In this document: one piece after another, positions 11,701-20,186 of the stretch | Layout: every line of letters starts with the position of its first letter | Position numbering within the stretch: the stretch's first letter is position 1 | Virus record (IMG/VR): IMGVR_UViG_3300029319_000019 | Coordinates: 1 to 64,000 of that record | Strand: one strand, 5' to 3' | Source: a virus | DNA: 64,000 nt | Position numbers and translations under genes: made by a program | The notes under the pieces: generated by a model | The model's database searches: none | Seen by the model: the letters and a program-made list of their open reading frames with translations, nothing else | What the model was told of the DNA's origin: nothing

Positions 11701-11974
11701 CAATAAAGTAAACTCCATTGTCAGGGACTAGTATAGGTTCACCGTTGTCATCTGTAAATAGGAACGTACCTTCAAGAGCTTTTGCATCATTTTCAAAATC
11801 TATACCAAACGCTTGTTTAGTCGCAGGGCTGTATATTCTTTCATATAATACTTGTGCTTTTTCAGGGTGTCCTGATGCATCTAGTAAGTCTTTAAACAGT
11901 TGTGAGTCATTACCATTCTTAGCAATAGCACCTGTTATATCTCCTTTGTTATTTCTTTTATATCTACAAGCCAT
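5759..11974 (-). CDS. Virion-packaged single-chain two-barrel RNA polymerase (crAss-like, phi14:2 gp66 type)
   Basis: GYRIPNQG...GSDFDVDK catalytic loop (DFDVD at 7826-7840), upstream TDAQ and PQKP motifs, 2071 aa, gene context. Confidence 0.92.
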   Translation of the reverse strand: MACRYKRNNKGDITGAIAKNGNDSQLFKDLLDASGHPEKAQVLYERIYSPATKQAFGIDFENDAKALEGTFLFTDDNGEPILVPDNGVYFIVATSGQRIIIPAKLTQAQTNSNLRYERQKQVIDTVVTFANDIRRNSPQEFKDRISELLNPGSKTDKGIIANRVAAEAFSGWPTNEFGAPTQESVEKAVELVNIGIKQGKTAMIAAMPEGVQFKDDIPNSVEGRNKVGTVMISVYKNWSDTETTSGWRTKIKEELESFGIRIKDDQGELLEVDDTPVKIHQISRLEENPVLNLSAEVKEFLLDIRRTENNELNYQTAIPLEEIYPDIAEASVDKLSFKEQLAEITRLSKYKKNLVPVVAKLKTLTPKQQAAFHYNFSKTYNKFSMVKTFVKTKPDPTQEKDVTKKDVVILPSNSNNLATTIVTEWSRQSRELLMPNERAAYKEQEDGTVSIIKEKQSAAMKAWALLQKEKRNFSNPAHIHSDNDVRNLNEFLWNLSIQFANSKEESFENLQNYFRNEGTGALNNILFQIPNRSMEILARSVSQGRDIFESDRGAIRVLGKIYPTFQRQRAISMLSAGGKTFYPIQTSTPIKDIGADIRRGFNERREELKKTKLFNPFDETHPLFYKAQSVLMNSLRDNNFRAIFDYQIYDASKTAKDKSEGRGYKVQNEKESLTARLNFYANNGTEDVMYIAVSTQADRDQLGFLPVKRINKLKDTSPREVIKGFILQDLSVMQAAEDAIIEAKETKDISKLIEGYHYPKGENPLVIKLDDLFTHPKLGAPVFKNPQILSLQNDYVSTELGFKSLIQSMKQYHPENPKYQLINDKVEELVDKTFTRIGEYQQEMLDYSNNIGLDRTELHESIRSDEDIRNFVLNDFYARIELNKFLRGGYSFAKSPADFYKRMRLLTTPGNKLSIKGDVQGDPTWGMPEEYNAITFRELDFQDPFGARDVVDDLDAALTSNKAGLRQLEQDEATEITRNYQSTVKTDAQAYITVPMYRDIQQGKGQWTEKDQEAYDNEMAGRGYVDNEGNPRPIYPQKPYHEELTVQNGVPVLHMDKNSYTVLTSEFTANYPVADRLRTVMIENNIGVANEEGATKGTPGLVIDLYNDDLSNIKDSIIKKKSRNLRFPQTISRVAKPEIVFARQVRKNILANLRPEDKPLYNTFHELVSENVNEDLKALQDELGITELNNAKTTEQRLNAKRKYLEKLRDALVRTLRDKKLPDSYLGALDIVPNGDNDLRFDIPLAFPNYQAKFEQVFFSMFNNNVYTQKIKGKELVQIAEPGGYIDSQGQTKELRMYVEEGGMWHAEMLMRASDLGFEPGTNIADVDPNDSRLKVIGYRIPNQGKNSMLPLKVVQFLPESHEKAIVVPGGITTQMGSDFDVDKMMVMQKETSSETDRQKRDQKIYDTMMDLITSPAYLQEVFDPLDGKELENLAAELSLSKAIDYNNPLNEIEMEMRNKAGNALIGLWANMLSGHNVAQMGSLRIPDLGDFNGNVFKRYPIIEGVEFQNIGETYAHDFSTGLPSNKFVNSTLSLYLSASVDAASKPIQIDINDNIFTVPVAGLMLTTGVPVEYVVKFLTQPSIVKTIQHARANGYNPSQLFISIQEIGKEYGMSRDLEKSVQNMTLEELDSRTEDDTTQLKMLNNFNILVKTGRELSRSFQVMNPDGLDNVNEISGVREFIEKENEVLREENAISGVETFINRDLSIAEFDEVISPIQATYRNILNETIKAGDQAGFINNRAAFYNFKEKLKFLTGKKRFDAATHKFIDRALFLKMVTSQDVNNPLKDYTSIERFKKLYTNPNDNIATRLYNLRKSGKVQNNIFFDLLQSSTTNNTQSIVFTIDLNTTYNLNATEKNALVDSFRQLLLSEDSEVKEFAQDLVANQLMTSGFHPRRGSYMDIIPPEAFTTNILNEEQQSPVQFFSSIENQSYNNEYFDDFIHDFIRNFGTHTPGGNFMLPTVSSRAVARDRNNNYKITRKGNKPDYFVSNTGIDGPEIYVKVGEDIYAKLQQKGIKGQVNEVGNVEDQSALRKEKTGETTASPIMDRKIKEITIPAPTTREVVITKACTIK

Positions 11975-11979
11975 GTTTA

Positions 11980-14900
11980 TTATAGGTTACAGTCATTATC
12001 AAGTCTATTATCACCAAAGAATGGATTCTCAATCTCATCACCAATAACTTGGTCACCTGCTTGAGGTAGACTTATTGTGCCACCTTTTGCAAATTTAGTA
12101 TTTTGTGCAGCTTCCTGCATTGTTCCTCCTAATATATTTCCTCTTGTAAGTTCTATTATAGGATTGTGGAATAGAGATCCGTCTCTAGTACGTACTAAAT
12201 CCGTACGCAGTATGCCTAGTCTACCTCCTGTTTCTTGTGGTGAAAACAAATAGTCTTTGTAAGACGGGTATGAAACATTAGTTACTGGACTGGTGTATTG
12301 CCCAGGCGTGGTTGCTTCATTTTTATCAATGTTATATTTTTTATCTTTTAAGAAGTTTTCAAAGTTAGTTACAAAATCACTTTTTAGTTTATCAAACTTG
12401 CTTTTATCTGCAGCTTTTTCTATATACCTACCATCACTATTAAGTGTAACAAACTGTCCTGAGAATGGTTTACCTGATAATGCATTCTGTACTTGACTGC
12501 CATACATTCTTACTGTCTCACCTAGATTATTATCTCTATATACAAGATAAGGCTGACCATCACTAAACTCTCCAAACTCTAGGAACTCAGACTTACGGAA
12601 ATCATCTTTTCTTTCTGCTAAATCTCTAGTTGTGCTGTTTGCTACTATCTTTTTAGCTGTGTCAAAGTCTCCCTCTCTAAGCGCATCTAATACTCTTTGC
12701 TGTGCTTGTGGAGTTAGATCAGCTGTTGATGCGGTAGAGAATGTTGGCTGTCCTCCAGGCACCTGATTGCTAGGTATTAAGAATCCAACTTGTCCTGAGT
12801 TTAAACCTCTTCTATTTACATTACCTTCTACTTCATTAGCTAATGATGTTGGCTGTCCTTGTTCTGTAGTTACTAGCTGGCGTACTCCATTAGTTACAGT
12901 TTGGAATACAAGCTCTGGGTTACCACCAAACACTGATTGTGGATTACTAAAGAAGGGCGCTCCAGCCTCAGTTCTAGCATTGTTATAGTTTGGAGCATAT
13001 ACACGTTTAACTCCTAGCTGTACTTCTTGTCCTGCTCTTAGTTTATTTATTATATCTTGCCTATCTTTTAGTTTGGCCTCGGCATTTGCTCCTCTAGCAG
13101 CTGCAAGTTTACCTACGTACTTACCTTCTGAGTTTATTAAATATAGTGGTAAGTTTTCTGTATCCGCAAATCCTTCTTGTTCAACTATCTGAACTGTAAG
13201 CACGTCTCCTGGTTGTAGATTATTCTTAGCTTGTACGTCTATTAGCTCATCTACTACAGGCTCAAGCGGTACACCTGATTCATTAACTTGTATTCTAGTT
13301 CTATTAGCTACTTGATCTACTATCACGTTAGCTGACCCGGCCATCTTAAGTGATAACTCTTCTCCGTTTTCTTGTGGCGGTACACCTGCTGATATTTTTT
13401 GTTTCAGAGCTTCGCCTGTAGGATAATTTGCTTTTGTCCATAACTCAAGATGAGTCTTTAAATTAGCCTCAAAATTAGCTGGATCAAGTCCCATTTCTCG
13501 ATAATAAGCTCTATATCTTTCTGTCTCCTCTTCAATTTCCTGTAAAGTAGGTACTTGTTGTCTTAGTAATTCACCAAATGTAGGACCTTCTACACTTTGC
13601 GGAGGAGTAAGTTGTTCTGCTGGTCCTGCTGATTCTTGAGTAGCAGCATTGTCTTCTAACTGTGCAGATACTGCATCATCATTTACATTTGTATTTTCAT
13701 TAACTTCTTGACTTCCATAAATTCTATTAAATTGGTCTTTAGATAAAGCAGCTTTCATCTTTGGATTCATAACAGCATCAGGGCCTTCAGTTTGATCTGT
13801 TGTAACTATATCTCCATCTTTTTCAAATACCTCTAGTTCTTGTCTAGTAGATAGGTTATCTCTTTCAATAATACTTTTATCAGCTATTTTACCACTGCCA
13901 AAAGGTTGATAAACACCACCACTAAATATGTCCCATTCACGTGAGCCATCTAAACGTTTCGTTACTCTAAACTTTTTAACGTTTCCATCGCTATCTGTTA
14001 CAGTAAAGTATTCTCTTCCAATAGGAATTTGAGCATCTAAAAACCTTGGTTTTACTTGAGCATCCCCCTCTTCTTGAGCGCGGTTATCAATATTTTGATT
14101 TTTTCCTGCATTGACTTGTTCTTCAGTTGTTGCTGTAGTGCTGGGGGCAGGCTGTCCTGTAGAGTCTGTAGATCCCTTATTTTTGCCATCTTCTATTCTT
14201 TTTAATTGTTTTCTTTCTAAATGTATGAAAGCGTTGTTTCTTTCTATAGATCTTTGTTCTGCTGCTAGCTTATCTTGATAGTTTTTTAAATCTGTTTGAG
14301 CTGCGGCCAAGGCATCTGTGTCTCCTTCTTGCTGATATTTTTCTACCAGCTTATTAGTTTCTTCTATCTTCTCTTGTAGTTCTACTATATTATTTTCTGA
14401 TAGTGTTACTTCTCCTGTAAGTTTACTTACTTCTTGTAATACCTTACTTTCTAAGTTAGACAGCTGGTCAGATGTTAGACCTACACTTTCTCCACGAGCA
14501 CCAAGAACATTTTTAATCTTTGTTATTTGTGTTCTTATTTTCTTTGCTTCTTTTTTTAGACCTGCAACATCACCCTCAGTAAACAATTCTAACCGAACTT
14601 GTTGAGGCGTAGCATTGCTAGAGGCTATGTTTTGTGTAAGCTTATCTATAGATTCGTTAACTGTTTCTAGTAATTTATCTAGTTCGTATACTTTTTCTTT
14701 TAAGGATTGTGTATCAAGAGCGCCGTACTTTCCTTTATATGCTGCCTTTGTTCTAGCAAACACAATAGCAACCTTAAGCATTTCTATTTCAGTAGGATCA
14801 GTAATGTCTTGTTGCTTACCCATCTTCTCTGCATAAGCTCCTAGTATGGCAACTGCCATAGGTTCCACAGTATCTGCTTTTATTTCCTTTCTAGTATTAC

Positions 14901-17790
14901 CATTCTCATCTACAAATGTGATAGATATAGGTTTACCATTTTTATCAAATCCTATTGCATCTACAGGATTAGATTCTCTTATGAATACTTGTTGTCCATC
15001 GTAGTATATAGTTCTACCGCCGTTAACTGCTTCAAACTTACCAGTATTCTCTGCCTTGAACACTTCTTCAACTTCACCTTTCTTTTTATCAGTAACAGTA
15101 TCATTTTTATTTTCTTCAGGTAGTACTTCTAACTCTCCATTCTGCTCTCTTCTTTTTATACTTTCATAATGCTCTATAGCACGATTAAGACCAGCCTTCG
15201 CTGTAGGAGCTAAGTCTTTTTTAGATATTTGTTTTAGATTATCTAACTTCTCTTGTACAGTATTACCATCAATCTTTACATATTTTTTGTATGCATCTTG
15301 TTCTTGCTTTTCTAACTCATCATATTTCTTTTGAGCTAAAGCCTTGTCTTCTTTGCTAGCATCTTTAAATAACTCATCAAGTTCTTCTGTTGTCTTAGCT
15401 TTTTCTGTTCCCTCTCTGTACTCTTTTTGACGCTCTTGATTTTTTATTATCTCTTCTTGAGTTTTCCTTTCTTGTTGAAACTGTTCTTGAGCTGCTGCAC
15501 TAGATGACAATTTATTGTATACATCTACTGCTCTTGTTACATCAAATGAAATATCTGAGTAATCTTGTGCTAGTTCTTTTAGTTGCATAGCAGCTATAGG
15601 ATCTATTTTACCTAGCTCTACTATAGCTTCATTTAATTTCTTTATCATTTTGGTACGAGCATCTTCAGCATCGTAGCCCTCTTCTGCAGTTCCTGGATCT
15701 GTTTTGTATAGTGAAAACTCAGATAATACTTGGTTCATGTCTAAAGAACCTTCCATCATTTTGTTATTACTTCTTAGAGAGTTATCTATTACAGCTTGCA
15801 TTTGTTTTTGTATTTTGCCTAGTCTGTCAGTTTTATCTTTTACAGAACTGCCTCTTAGTATAAGCTCTCTTCTCAGTGCTAGTTGATTATCATACACATT
15901 TTGCTGTGCAGTTCTAGTTGCTGCATCTTGTAGTAGTCTTGGTAAACCTTTAGCTGGCTCTTGTATGGGCATTGAGTTAGATACATTGTCATACATAGTT
16001 TTAAATCCATTTATTTTAGATTTAAGACTATCTACTATTTGATTTTTATCCTTAATCATTCCAGTAGAGTCAATAGTTTTTCCTTTTGAGTCTGTAAGCT
16101 CTTGTAACGGATTACCATTTTCATCTGTATAACCAAATCGTTTAGCAAAATCAAGGTCTGATAATTGTTTTGTATTTTCTAACTGCTCCATAAACACATC
16201 AAATGTTCCAGTTTCCAGTGCATGTAGAGCGTTAAATTGTATTAATTGAAATTGTAGATCTTTGAATAACTTTTTGTCTCCGTCTTGTAATGCTTTATGC
16301 ATTCTTTTTACTACATCAGTTTGTGCTTGTATATTAAGAAGAGAGTTTTTTGCATTATCTAAGAAGCCTCCATTTCTAACATCAGCTATTGTTTGAGCCA
16401 TGTGCTTTCTATTAGAATATTCTTTAGACATGGCCATGCCACCGCCTCTCATTAAAGCTCCTACTAAAAATCCAACAAGCATAGACTCTTGACCTTCTCG
16501 TGACCCAAATGTTTCGGAGAAGCCTTTATTTAAGGCCTTAATCATATCTCCATATCCTCCATTCTTATATCTATCAGAGTGATATGTAGATGAAAAAGTA
16601 CTAGATGCAAACTGAAATCCTTCCTGGAATGCTTCCGTAATACCAGCTCTACCCATGTCTGTAGCTTTACGTAATGTGCCTTTCCAAAAGCCATCATTAG
16701 CAAATTTACTTACAGCTTTTTTAGATGCTGCATCAAATATAACATCCGTGTTTACTTTAGTAGCTGTGTTAAAGCCCATCATTTGTTTACCAAACATTAT
16801 AAAGTTTGTTCCCGCAAGAACGGGTAGCTGTGATATAAAGTTTGTATTACCTGCAGCATAAGACGTATCTTCTATATCTTTTAATACATCTGCTGGTATT
16901 TGTGATAAATTGTCAACACCATCAGTTCTTTCAATATAAGCTTTTGTAAGATCGTCAAAGGTGCTTCTTTGAGTTTCCCTAGCTTCTACAGATGCTTCTG
17001 CCATAGACATCATTAACGCTCCATCTACAGAACTCAAGAATGTTTTATATGCACCCGCAGTGCCTTTCATTCCCTTAAGATTATTAGCTAATTTTGTTCC
17101 GTTTGTAACAGCTGTCACTGCCCTATTTAAAGATTTTAATTTGTTTGCACCTGCTAATGCTCTTATTCCTTTATCAGCTATTCCTACTGCTCCAAGTCCT
17201 CCTGTCAAATACATGGTAGCAATAGATCCAAGAGAATAACCTATACCGTTTGCAAAAGTATCAGCCCAAAAGTTAGCTGTGCCTAACCTTCTAAACCCAC
17301 TCATGTTCTGCTCTTCTCTTGTGAGATAGTTAGGCATGTTCTCACGCATCCAATCGTTAGTCTTATCTACAGTTCTACCTATAAAGTTATCATAATATGC
17401 ACCTCCGCTAAACACTTCGCCTAACCCAAACATTACACCCAAAGTGTTTTCAGCTACAGCTCCAAGTGTAGTAACACCTGCCTTAGCTAAACCATTACCC
17501 CACTGATCAGCTGTAGATTGATTTCTAGCACGAATCTCTTCCCAGTCTAATAATTGTCCTCTAGGCACATTGTACTTAGCAAACTTATCAAGATCTCTTG
17601 TACCTAGATAGTCTGTTCTAAACAACAGCCCTTGATCGTAACCAGGATTACCTAAATTTATCTGTGGTGTAGGGGCTTGCAACGCCTTACCAGTTATAGG
17701 ATTTATTGGAGTTTCCACTCCTGTAGTAGTGCTAGTAGTTGGCTGACCGCCTACTGGTAGTCCTGTTATTGGATTAATAGTTTCTGACAT
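11980..17790 (-). CDS. Large virion cargo/ejection protein, first gene of the RNAP block
   Basis: 1936 aa; N-terminal Gly/Ala-rich hydrophobic segments, long coiled coils; position upstream of vRNAP. Confidence 0.75.
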   Translation of the reverse strand: MSETINPITGLPVGGQPTTSTTTGVETPINPITGKALQAPTPQINLGNPGYDQGLLFRTDYLGTRDLDKFAKYNVPRGQLLDWEEIRARNQSTADQWGNGLAKAGVTTLGAVAENTLGVMFGLGEVFSGGAYYDNFIGRTVDKTNDWMRENMPNYLTREEQNMSGFRRLGTANFWADTFANGIGYSLGSIATMYLTGGLGAVGIADKGIRALAGANKLKSLNRAVTAVTNGTKLANNLKGMKGTAGAYKTFLSSVDGALMMSMAEASVEARETQRSTFDDLTKAYIERTDGVDNLSQIPADVLKDIEDTSYAAGNTNFISQLPVLAGTNFIMFGKQMMGFNTATKVNTDVIFDAASKKAVSKFANDGFWKGTLRKATDMGRAGITEAFQEGFQFASSTFSSTYHSDRYKNGGYGDMIKALNKGFSETFGSREGQESMLVGFLVGALMRGGGMAMSKEYSNRKHMAQTIADVRNGGFLDNAKNSLLNIQAQTDVVKRMHKALQDGDKKLFKDLQFQLIQFNALHALETGTFDVFMEQLENTKQLSDLDFAKRFGYTDENGNPLQELTDSKGKTIDSTGMIKDKNQIVDSLKSKINGFKTMYDNVSNSMPIQEPAKGLPRLLQDAATRTAQQNVYDNQLALRRELILRGSSVKDKTDRLGKIQKQMQAVIDNSLRSNNKMMEGSLDMNQVLSEFSLYKTDPGTAEEGYDAEDARTKMIKKLNEAIVELGKIDPIAAMQLKELAQDYSDISFDVTRAVDVYNKLSSSAAAQEQFQQERKTQEEIIKNQERQKEYREGTEKAKTTEELDELFKDASKEDKALAQKKYDELEKQEQDAYKKYVKIDGNTVQEKLDNLKQISKKDLAPTAKAGLNRAIEHYESIKRREQNGELEVLPEENKNDTVTDKKKGEVEEVFKAENTGKFEAVNGGRTIYYDGQQVFIRESNPVDAIGFDKNGKPISITFVDENGNTRKEIKADTVEPMAVAILGAYAEKMGKQQDITDPTEIEMLKVAIVFARTKAAYKGKYGALDTQSLKEKVYELDKLLETVNESIDKLTQNIASSNATPQQVRLELFTEGDVAGLKKEAKKIRTQITKIKNVLGARGESVGLTSDQLSNLESKVLQEVSKLTGEVTLSENNIVELQEKIEETNKLVEKYQQEGDTDALAAAQTDLKNYQDKLAAEQRSIERNNAFIHLERKQLKRIEDGKNKGSTDSTGQPAPSTTATTEEQVNAGKNQNIDNRAQEEGDAQVKPRFLDAQIPIGREYFTVTDSDGNVKKFRVTKRLDGSREWDIFSGGVYQPFGSGKIADKSIIERDNLSTRQELEVFEKDGDIVTTDQTEGPDAVMNPKMKAALSKDQFNRIYGSQEVNENTNVNDDAVSAQLEDNAATQESAGPAEQLTPPQSVEGPTFGELLRQQVPTLQEIEEETERYRAYYREMGLDPANFEANLKTHLELWTKANYPTGEALKQKISAGVPPQENGEELSLKMAGSANVIVDQVANRTRIQVNESGVPLEPVVDELIDVQAKNNLQPGDVLTVQIVEQEGFADTENLPLYLINSEGKYVGKLAAARGANAEAKLKDRQDIINKLRAGQEVQLGVKRVYAPNYNNARTEAGAPFFSNPQSVFGGNPELVFQTVTNGVRQLVTTEQGQPTSLANEVEGNVNRRGLNSGQVGFLIPSNQVPGGQPTFSTASTADLTPQAQQRVLDALREGDFDTAKKIVANSTTRDLAERKDDFRKSEFLEFGEFSDGQPYLVYRDNNLGETVRMYGSQVQNALSGKPFSGQFVTLNSDGRYIEKAADKSKFDKLKSDFVTNFENFLKDKKYNIDKNEATTPGQYTSPVTNVSYPSYKDYLFSPQETGGRLGILRTDLVRTRDGSLFHNPIIELTRGNILGGTMQEAAQNTKFAKGGTISLPQAGDQVIGDEIENPFFGDNRLDNDCNL

Positions 17791-20186
17791 TACAGTTTAG
17801 TTCTAATTTCGTATCCTAGCTTTGCAGCATCATTTACAAATGTAACAAACTCTGGGCTATCTACTCTGTAAGTTACATCTCTACCTTTAGTTGGGTCAAA
17901 CAATGTTACCTTATCTGATGCACCTGAGAATGAGAAAGTAGCTGAACCTGTTTCTTCACCATCTGGTCCGTATATTGCCATGTCTGCACTAGGAGCACCT
18001 GTATGTTTATGTAAGTTCATCTCCATCTGTAGTAGGTATCCAGGAGAGTTAAAGTATTGATCCATTTGTTTGTTTCTAATATTACTATATGGTAATATTA
18101 TTTCCTTACTTACATTTTTATTATTCTTATCCTTACCAACTACTGTTAGTTGTAATGTAGGCTCACCAAATGCTGGAGTAGTATGGAATAATACATTTTT
18201 AACTTGAATCTCTTCACTACTCCATCCTAAATCTTTAACCATTTCAGCTACAGTTCCAATCCCTCTTTGCTGTTTACCGTCCCAATAGATATTAAATGTT
18301 TTATCTAGTGGCGTAGACTTAAAGAATTCTTTTACATACTTAGTGTTTTTTGTAACATCTTGAGGAGTCATGCCTGGCATGTTGTTAGATGCAAAGGTAC
18401 CTTTAGTTAATGTAGAATTTTCCTCTAACCATCTATCTATCTCTTTCTTGTCTGCCTTTCCTGCATCTGTTAAAGCATTTAAAGATCTTAAAACCGCAAA
18501 AGAATCAGACTTATCTCCAAACATATTTTGTACAGCTAAAGCTCTTTTATATCTATTATGATCAGGATGGCTAGGATCTTGTAATATTCTAGGATCAATC
18601 TTAGTAGAAGTTCTAAAAGGATTAACTGTTTCAAAGAAAGATTCTTCTCCATATATGTCACCTATATCATCTCTGATATTAATAAGATCTATTAGAGTTA
18701 GGCTAGGATCGTTAAGAACTTGTCTAGCTCTATCTAATAATTCCTGACCTGTGTACTTTCCAAATTCTTGATTAAGTTTAGACTCATCAGTTATGCCAGT
18801 TGCTTCGTAAGCTCTCCTCAATCTCTCCTGTTGTATAACGACTTGTTTTTTAATAGTCATTACTTTATATCTCATTTCTTGGAATACAGCATTATCTTTT
18901 AACTCTTCAGGTACGTTATTAGATATAATATCCTGCTCAGTAAGTTTTCTACCATCAGTTAAAAATGGAGCAGCTAAAGAGTTAACATCTTGTACAGTTT
19001 TAGTTACTGTATTAAGGTTTAAATCAATATTAGCTCCAATCTCTGCAGACGTTCTACCACCTATATCATCAAGCTGATTAACTTCTGTAAGTTTAAGTAC
19101 ATTTGGAGTGCTATTTTCTAGTTCAAAATTATAATCAGCTGTCCATTTTGCTGAATATTCAACAGCGCTGTTCTGATCTACATTCTTAAACACAAACTTG
19201 TCATAAGATGTTTGTAGCTCTCTATTAATGTCTTGTTGTATTACAGAGTTTTTAAGATAAGTTCTACGCTGTGCAGTAAGATCTTCTCCACTGCCTGTAT
19301 CATTTAATAATCTTTCTTGTTCTTTTATTATATTATCAAGTCTTTGTGCTTCTTTATCGTTACCAGAATCAATTGCCTCTTGTCTTTGTTCTATTAGACC
19401 TTTAGAGTCTGGATTGTCTTCATCACCATATAATGTAGTAGATATTCTAGATCGTATCTCTTCATCACTCAAGTGGAATGTTCTTAGTTCTCCTTTTTGT
19501 TGAAATGCTGCTGCAACATCAGGGTCTTGCATTATGTTGTTAAATACACTAGCAACTCTTTCGGGACTAATCTCTTCAACATCAATACCATTAGTAACAT
19601 AGAAGTTACCATCTTTACTGATTACTTTACCTTCGTTACCATACTTTCTTACCGCAACATCTTTCATTTGCTCTGACATCATTGCTTGAATGTCAACATC
19701 GTCAACCACATTAAACCCAGAGAAGAAAGAACTTTGATCTATTGTACCATCTTCATTTTTTTGTAGTCCTGAGTATTCATGTCTAGATCTCTGCAAGGCA
19801 AGAGCTCTTGTTTCAGAGTCTATTCTCTTATCGTCATATAGCTTATTAAGATTCTCTCTATATGCATTGTATGCTTCATAGTTCTTTTTAATAGGCTGAT
19901 ATTGCTGATCAAAGACTCTAGCACTTTTAGCTACATCCATCATCATAGTTTCATAATCACCACGGCCCGCCCTGTCCATTAGTTGTTGTCTAGTACTTTG
20001 CTCTAACTGATTCTTAAGATCTTGGTCGCCTGCAAAATCTGCAGCTTGCATTTGATCTACAGCTCCTGCTAATGCATCATCAGCATTGAATGCTTGTTGA
20101 AACCTTTGTCTTTGTAGCGCATTTATCTGTACAGATCCTGGATCTCTATAAACACTTTGGTAGGGTTTTAAACTATATCTACTCAT
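17790..20186 (-). CDS. Putative internal virion (cargo) protein
   Basis: 798 aa, Cys-free, helical, coupled to both neighbours by 1-nt overlaps within the cargo block. Confidence 0.65.
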   Translation of the reverse strand: MSRYSLKPYQSVYRDPGSVQINALQRQRFQQAFNADDALAGAVDQMQAADFAGDQDLKNQLEQSTRQQLMDRAGRGDYETMMMDVAKSARVFDQQYQPIKKNYEAYNAYRENLNKLYDDKRIDSETRALALQRSRHEYSGLQKNEDGTIDQSSFFSGFNVVDDVDIQAMMSEQMKDVAVRKYGNEGKVISKDGNFYVTNGIDVEEISPERVASVFNNIMQDPDVAAAFQQKGELRTFHLSDEEIRSRISTTLYGDEDNPDSKGLIEQRQEAIDSGNDKEAQRLDNIIKEQERLLNDTGSGEDLTAQRRTYLKNSVIQQDINRELQTSYDKFVFKNVDQNSAVEYSAKWTADYNFELENSTPNVLKLTEVNQLDDIGGRTSAEIGANIDLNLNTVTKTVQDVNSLAAPFLTDGRKLTEQDIISNNVPEELKDNAVFQEMRYKVMTIKKQVVIQQERLRRAYEATGITDESKLNQEFGKYTGQELLDRARQVLNDPSLTLIDLINIRDDIGDIYGEESFFETVNPFRTSTKIDPRILQDPSHPDHNRYKRALAVQNMFGDKSDSFAVLRSLNALTDAGKADKKEIDRWLEENSTLTKGTFASNNMPGMTPQDVTKNTKYVKEFFKSTPLDKTFNIYWDGKQQRGIGTVAEMVKDLGWSSEEIQVKNVLFHTTPAFGEPTLQLTVVGKDKNNKNVSKEIILPYSNIRNKQMDQYFNSPGYLLQMEMNLHKHTGAPSADMAIYGPDGEETGSATFSFSGASDKVTLFDPTKGRDVTYRVDSPEFVTFVNDAAKLGYEIRTKL

